DNA from: Reclinomonas americana ATCC 50394
Lineage: Eukaryota
Length of the DNA: 38,867 nucleotides
NCBI GenBank assembly: GCA_048213135.1
Contig: PS015575.1
Location: 1 to 38,867, forward strand
Reading direction: 5' to 3'
Both the position numbers and the translations under genes were made by a program. Under the pieces are notes generated by a model that saw only the letters and a program-made list of their open reading frames with translations, was not told the DNA's origin and made no database searches. Shown piece by piece: positions 32,801-38,867 of this stretch. Within the stretch, counting starts at the first letter, position 1. Each line of letters begins with the position of its first letter.

Positions 32801-35800
32801 ATGCAAGACGACGGACCATCGGTAAGTGTGTCGCAACTGACGCACACGCAGATCGCCGACTCTTCCACTCTCTGTCGTTGTCTGTCTCTCTCTCCTTGTG
32901 TGTGCGTGCATCGCTGCGTGTGTGTGTGCGCGCGCGTGCGTGTGCTTTCTCTCTGTCGCCATGCTTGANNNNNNNNNNNNNNNNNNNNNNNNNNNNNNNN
33001 NNNNNNNNNNNNNNNNNNNNNNNNNNNNNNNNNNNNNNNNNNNNNNNNNNNNNNNNNNNNNNNNNNNNNNNNNNNNNNNNNNNNNNNNNNNNNNNNNNNN
33101 NNNNNNNNNNNNNNNNNNNNNNNNNNNNNNNNNNNNNNNNNNNNGAATGAGGTGTGTGTCTCCTGAGGGGGTTTCGTGACTGCATTTCTTGCCGCTCACA
33201 CGCCGTCGACAATAGGATATCGACAATGTGCGTCGCCAGGCTGTGGTGCAACGCGAGCAGGCTGCGGAGGAGCAGAAGCGCGTTCGCGCCGAGCGTGATC
33301 AGTACCAGGTTTGTGAAGACGACAAGTTGTGCTTTTCTCGCTGGTCTGGTTTATTCACCCGATTTCCACAGCTGAATGCTTCGGAGCTGCTCGGCAAGCT
33401 GCGCATGTCGGAGGCAGAGCTGGAGAGCGCCAACAACAAGCTGAAGCGCCTGGTGGAGGAGAAGAATCTGGACGTGGAGACGTTCCAGTCGAGCGAGAAG
33501 GCCTTTGAGGACGCCACTCGCATGTTCAAGAAGCTGGCCGAGGACCAGGCCAACGAGTTCTCCAAGCTGCAAGGCCTGTACAACGAGCTCCGCTCCGACT
33601 ACGTCAACGTGCAGACTGCGCTGCAGACTGCCGTGGAGGAGAAGCGCAGCATTGCCAATGCCGCCGATGGTGAGTTGTTGCTATTCGTTGTGTGTGTGTG
33701 TGTGTGTGCGCGTGCGTGCCTCGAGACTAACACACGATCCGTTCACAGTCAAGGTGGCGGCGCTGCACAGCCAAGTGGACTCGTACCGCGCACAGTTGGA
33801 CGACGTGCGCCAGGAGATTCAGGTTTGTTTTCACATGCATTCCTTCCCTCTCTCTCTCTTACCCACGCCTCATCACCACTGTTCTCCTCCCTTTTCCTCT
33901 CACCAGCGCGTCATGGCCGAGTTGTCAGACGTGCGCCTGGCCAAGACGACACTGGAGCGTGACAACCAGGCGCTCAAGTCGAACCTGGTGAACGTGGAGA
34001 TGACCATGTCGGCGCAGCTTCAGACGGCCCGCTTGCAGGCCAGCTCGGCGCGCGAGGAGTGCGACAGCGTGGCGCAGAAGATGCAGCAGGCTGTGGCCGA
34101 CCGCGATCGCCAGATCTCCTTCATGTCGTCGCAGTTGGCGATGTACGAGGAGCGCCACAAGCACACGAGCGTGGAGATGATGTCGTTGACGGAGAACGCC
34201 AACGCACGCAACTCGGCGCAGGAGATTAGCCGCACGGAGCTCGCCGCCCGCTACAGCGACGCCGTGGATCAGCTGCGTGCTCGCGAAGAGGACGTGAAGC
34301 GTCTGCGTGTGCAACGCGAGCAGGAGACCTCGGAGCTGCAGAGCGCTCTGCGCAAGGCCGAGGCCAAGCTGGCTGAGCAACTGCGTCGCGTGGAGGCATT
34401 GTTGGGCGAGAAGGGCACTCTGGAGAGCCGCTTGCAGGCTGTCGAGGGCCGCTCCCGCACCACCGAGGCCGAGCTCAACAGCAAGATCGAGACTCTGGAG
34501 GACGAGCTGCGCAAGGTGCGCCACGCCCTCGACGAGGAGCGCACCAAGCAGACGGTGTTGAACGATCAGGTTTGTTGAGGAAGTGGTGGATTTTTCTTTG
34601 ATTGGCTGGCGTGGTGCTGACAAATGTCCGTGCAGCGTGATTCGGCGGCCTCGTCGAAGAAGATGATTGCCAACGAGAACCGCGAGCTGCGCGCTCAACT
34701 CGAGGCCCTGCATCGCGACAAGTCGCTGCAGGCCAAGTCGCTCGGCGAGCGCATGCGCTCCATGCAGGCGGACATTGACGAGCTGTACAACAAGCTGCAG
34801 GCGGTGCAGCGCGACAAGCTCGCCCAGCACCACGAGGCTCAGACCCAGATCAAGGCCCTGCAAGAGGTTTGTTTATGTGTGTTCCGCTTTCTTGCCGAGA
34901 CACAGCAATCTCACGATGTGCACCTTCCCCCCTTGTTTCCCCCACCACACAGGAAGTGTCGCAGAGCCAGCTGCGTCTGGAGCGCCAGCAGGACGACGCA
35001 CACTCGGCCGAGACTCACCTGCGCGACGCCCTGTCGTCGCTGCAGAGTGAGAAGGAGCGGCTGGAGCAGCGTTTGGAGTCGGCTCTGATGGAGACGCGCT
35101 CGCTGCACCGCGAGTTGGAGAATGCCTCGGAGCACATTCGCACGATTGAGCTTGAGCGCCAAGACATTGCTGTCGGCGCCCAGGGCCGCGAGCGTGAGCT
35201 CAGCACCGAGACCGCCAACCTGCGTGTGGACTACGAGAACGTGTGCCGCGAGTTGACGGCTGTCCGCAAGCAGTACGAGCTGCTGAACAAGTGCGTTTTC
35301 CCCCCCTTCCTCTTTGTTTGTTTGATCGCTCACTTTGGCCTTCCGTATTACCAGTGACAACCTGGAGCTGCAGCGTCGCTACCGTGAGGTCACCGCCGAG
35401 CACTTGCGCGAGAGCGACTCGGCCGCACGTGCCATCAAGGAGCTGGAGGAGCACAAGCACCGCCTGTTGGTGGATTTGGAGCGCTCGCAGCAGGGCCTGG
35501 AGAAGCTGGAGATTGAGCGTGAGCGCCTGAAGGCCGACCTCAGCAAGCACCAGTCGCAAGTACAGTCGCTCGACCGCGACCTGCACGTGCAGTTCCAGGC
35601 CCACCAGGAGGCGCAGCGCAACCTCCGTGAGGAGATGCAGGTTTGTGTGTGCCCAGCGCGTCTTTTTGAGTGTGAACCATGGCACAGTCGACTCACACAC
35701 ACACTCTCTCTCCGCAGCGTATGAATGCCTCGTTCGAGAACTTGCAGAACGAGAAGCAGGAGTTGCTGGATTCGCAGCAGCGCCAGATTCTGGCCATTTC

Positions 35801-38800
35801 GGACGAGAACGCACACCTCAACGACACCATTCAGCGCCTGAACCGCGAGAAGCTGGTCCAGTTCCAGGACTTCCAGCGTGTGGTGCAGGAGCACGAGGCC
35901 AATGTGCAAAACTACAAGCGCGAGGTGCAGACGCTGCACGAGCAGCTGCACGACACGGCATTGCAGCAGGATCGCGCCCAGTCGGCACTGCGCGAGGAGG
36001 TCGACCTGATGCAGCGTCAGCTGCAGGGTGCCCGCGAGCGCATTGGCGAGCTGGAGGGCGAGTGGCGCGCCGCACACGACCAGGCTGCTGTCTTGCGGGT
36101 GCGTGACATTGTTCTTTTTTTCTTGAAGTGCAATGGTTTTTGTCTCACTTTGTCTGGTGCACACCAACAGGACGAGTTGCACCATGTGCAGCAGGCGTAC
36201 GCGCACGACAAGCAGGAGCTGACTCGCGACCTGGAGCGCACTCGCNNNNNNNNNNNNNNNNNNNNNNNNNNNNNNNNNNNNNNNNNNNNNNNNNNNNNNN
36301 NNNNNNNNNNNNNNNNNNNNNNNNNNNNNNNNNNNNNNNNNNNNNNNNNNNNNNNNNNNNNNNNNNNNNNNNNNNNNNNNNNNNNNNNNNNNNNNNNNNN
36401 NNNNNNNNNNNNNNNNNNNNNNNNNNNNNNNNNNNNNNNNNNNNNNNNNNNNNNNNNNNNNNNNNNNNNNNNNNNNNNNNNNNNNNNNNNNNNNNNNNNN
36501 ACAGATTGCCCAGCTGACTGCCGAGCGCGATGCCGAGCGCAAGCACAAGAGCGACTACGTGGCCAAGTACACGCACGAGGTGAGGACGACGAGGCGAGAG
36601 AGAGAAAGGTGTTTTTTGTTGTTTACTTACACTCGCGCACACATTATTGCAGTATGAGCACGTGGCGGCTGAGAAGCGTCAAGTGATGGAGGAGGTCAAT
36701 GCGCTGCGCGAGGAGCTGCGCCACAAGCAGGCGGAGCACGACCTCGGCCGCCAGAACTTTGTCAAGGAGCGTGGTCTGTTGGAGGCCAAGATTCGCGACC
36801 TGGAGGACGAGTGCCAGAACCAGCGGCTAACCATTGAGAGCCTGCACGACGTGAACAAGAACCACGTGCGCATCATTGAGAGCCAGCAGCAGACGTACGA
36901 CGAGGAGTCGCGCAAGATTCGCCAGGTTTGCGCCGCGTGTGACTCTTTTCCTCTCGTTGTCGGCAGCTGACTAAAAGCAACTTGTGTGTGTGTACTGCAG
37001 AACTACGAGAGCCGCATTGCTGCGTACCAGGCCGAGAACCGCGAGATTCGCGAGCGCTTCGAATCGACCGAGGAGGTGAGCACGTTGACGATCATGTTGT
37101 TTTCGGGAGAGCGAGTTGCTCACCCACTTTATTCTCTCTTTTTATCCCTTTTGCAGTTGGCTCGTCGCCAGAAGGAGCAGGCCGACGAGGAGACCTCGCA
37201 GCTCATCCAGCTGTCGCACATGAAGGACGAGTACATTGAGCGCATCCACGCCGAGCTGCGCGCGTTGCGCGATGTCGGCAAGGAGGTTCGTGCCCACCTC
37301 GCCGTGGTGAGCGAGGAGCACGAGAACATCAAGAAGCACGTGGCGCAGGCCGATGGTGAGTGCGATGATTTGAATGCTGGAGGAAACAGTGGTGTGACTG
37401 TGAAACTAACCCCTCTACTCGCTCGCTCGCTGTGCAGCCGACCACTCCAAATCTGCCTCGTTCGTGTCAACCGAGCTGCGCTCCATGACCGAGGACAACT
37501 TTGCGTTGAAGAAGGAGCTGGCCGCTGTCAGCACTGCACGCACGACGGCCGAGGAGGACAATGTTCGCCTGCGTGAGCAGCTGAACGGCGCCAAGCGCGA
37601 ACTCAGCGACCGTGAGTCGCACCAGTCGAGCCTGTCGCTGCAGTTGCAGACGGCGCAGCAGCGCATCAAGACGATGGAGGTGGAGCACGAGGAGGAGGTT
37701 TGTCACCAAGTTCTTCCCCTCTTATGCTCGGTTGGTTGCGCCTTTGCTGACTGACTCGTGTTTGTGTTTCGCAGCTTGAGGTGCAGCAGACGACGATGAA
37801 TAACCAGATCCGCTCGCTGCGCGACGAGAACGACTCGCTGCGCAGCTTCCGCGACGAGTTGCAGTCACAGCTGGACGTGATCAAGCAGCAGCGCCTGGAG
37901 CTGCAGGAGTCGCTGGTCAAGGCGCAGGACGCCCACCAGCAGCTGCAGATTGAGGGCGAGCGCGACGCTAACCGGCTGCGCAACGAGATCCGCAGCCTGC
38001 AGCGCGACATTGCCGACCTGCGACACAACTCCGAGATGCGGGAACGCGACTTGCGCGAGGAGGCCAACCAGTTGCAGAACAAGCTGGCCGACGCCCGCAA
38101 GGAGCTCACCGAGCAGCGCGAGCAGCTGCGCATTATCAAGAAGGAGCAGGAGGAGCTCAGCAAGAGCTCGTCGTCGCACGAGAAGTCGTACCAGAAGCGC
38201 ATCAACGAGGTCACGGCTCAGGTCACAGTGCTGGAGCAGAACTTTAATCAGCAGGAGAAGCACTACTTGACTGAGGTACGATAAGCGCATTAGGTTTCAT
38301 TCTTGGTATTTGTGCTCTTTGCTCACTTTTGCTCTTTTTGTCACAGCGCAACGAATTGTTGTCGACCATTGAGCAGAAGGAGCGCCAGATTGCGCAATTG
38401 TCGCACGAGGTGGAGACACTGAGACACGAGAAGGACAGCCTGCTCAACTCGATGCAAGGTGTGTGCTGGGCGCGACTTTATCCCTTCCCACCATTCCCTT
38501 GCTCACTGTTGTGTGTGTGTGCGCGTGTGTGTAGATGAGCGCGACGTCCACGCCCGTGAGGTGTCCAAGCTGGAGGCGTCACGTGTGGCGCTGTCGAACG
38601 ACAAGCAGGAGCTGCAGGCCNNNNNNNNNNNNNNNNNNNNGTGTTGCTGCAACGCGAGCAGCAGCTGGAGGACATTCGTGCCAAGGTCGAGGAGCTCATC
38701 CGCGAGCGCCTCGTCATGAGCAGCCGCATCAACGCCTACGAGACGGAGCGTGAGGCGGTGCACAGCAATGTGGAGCGCAAGGAGAAGGCGCTGCAGGAGT

Positions 38801-38867
38801 CGCTCGCACAACTGCGATCGCGCTACGAGCAGGCCGAGATGCTGAACCAGTCGTACCGCGAGCAGCG
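32801..38867 (+). CDS. Very large multi-exon coiled-coil protein (rootletin/CEP/golgin-like composition), continues beyond window
   Basis: ATG at 32801 is followed by a short exon and GTAAGT, then more than 15 exons of E/Q/L/R-rich heptad sequence in consistent frame. Confidence 0.85.

Noticed and set aside
16775-36686. Long ORFs in the track containing X runs, and long antisense ORFs over the Pro-rich, RG-rich and coiled-coil genes
   Set aside because: These are artefacts of N gaps, GC-rich codon bias and low-complexity sequence.

Overview
This is eukaryotic nuclear DNA from a compact, GC-rich, intron-rich genome. Introns are GT-AG and mostly about 60-140 nt, there are CA/CT microsatellites and eight N gaps, and a SPMIP1-like axonemal gene suggests a flagellated protist; the species cannot be determined. 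The ORF track is misleading because nearly all genes are spliced, so gene models were rebuilt by hand. In order: a small FQVxVLYPWH-motif protein; a divergent Skp1-like protein; a tandem cluster of three vanadium-haloperoxidase (VHPO, PAP2-superfamily) genes with Cys-rich/EGF-like N-termini, with a micro-exon collagen-like gene running directly into the second copy; seipin; an RRM-RRM-RING protein; an LRR protein; an intronless GT34-like glycosyltransferase; an OXR1-like LysM-TLDc protein; GMPPA; an S4/RsuA-RluB-like pseudouridine synthase; an RNI-like LRR protein; SPMIP1-like; and a large coiled-coil protein. Three observations stand out. (1) There is a secreted EGF-like-VHPO cluster with a possible collagen-VHPO chimera. 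(2) An abundant second class of 5' splice sites, GTTG(C/A)G(T/C), almost always lacks the exonic -1 G and looks like a +1-shifted U1 register. (3) The collagen exons are phase-0 modules of 36/45/54 nt.
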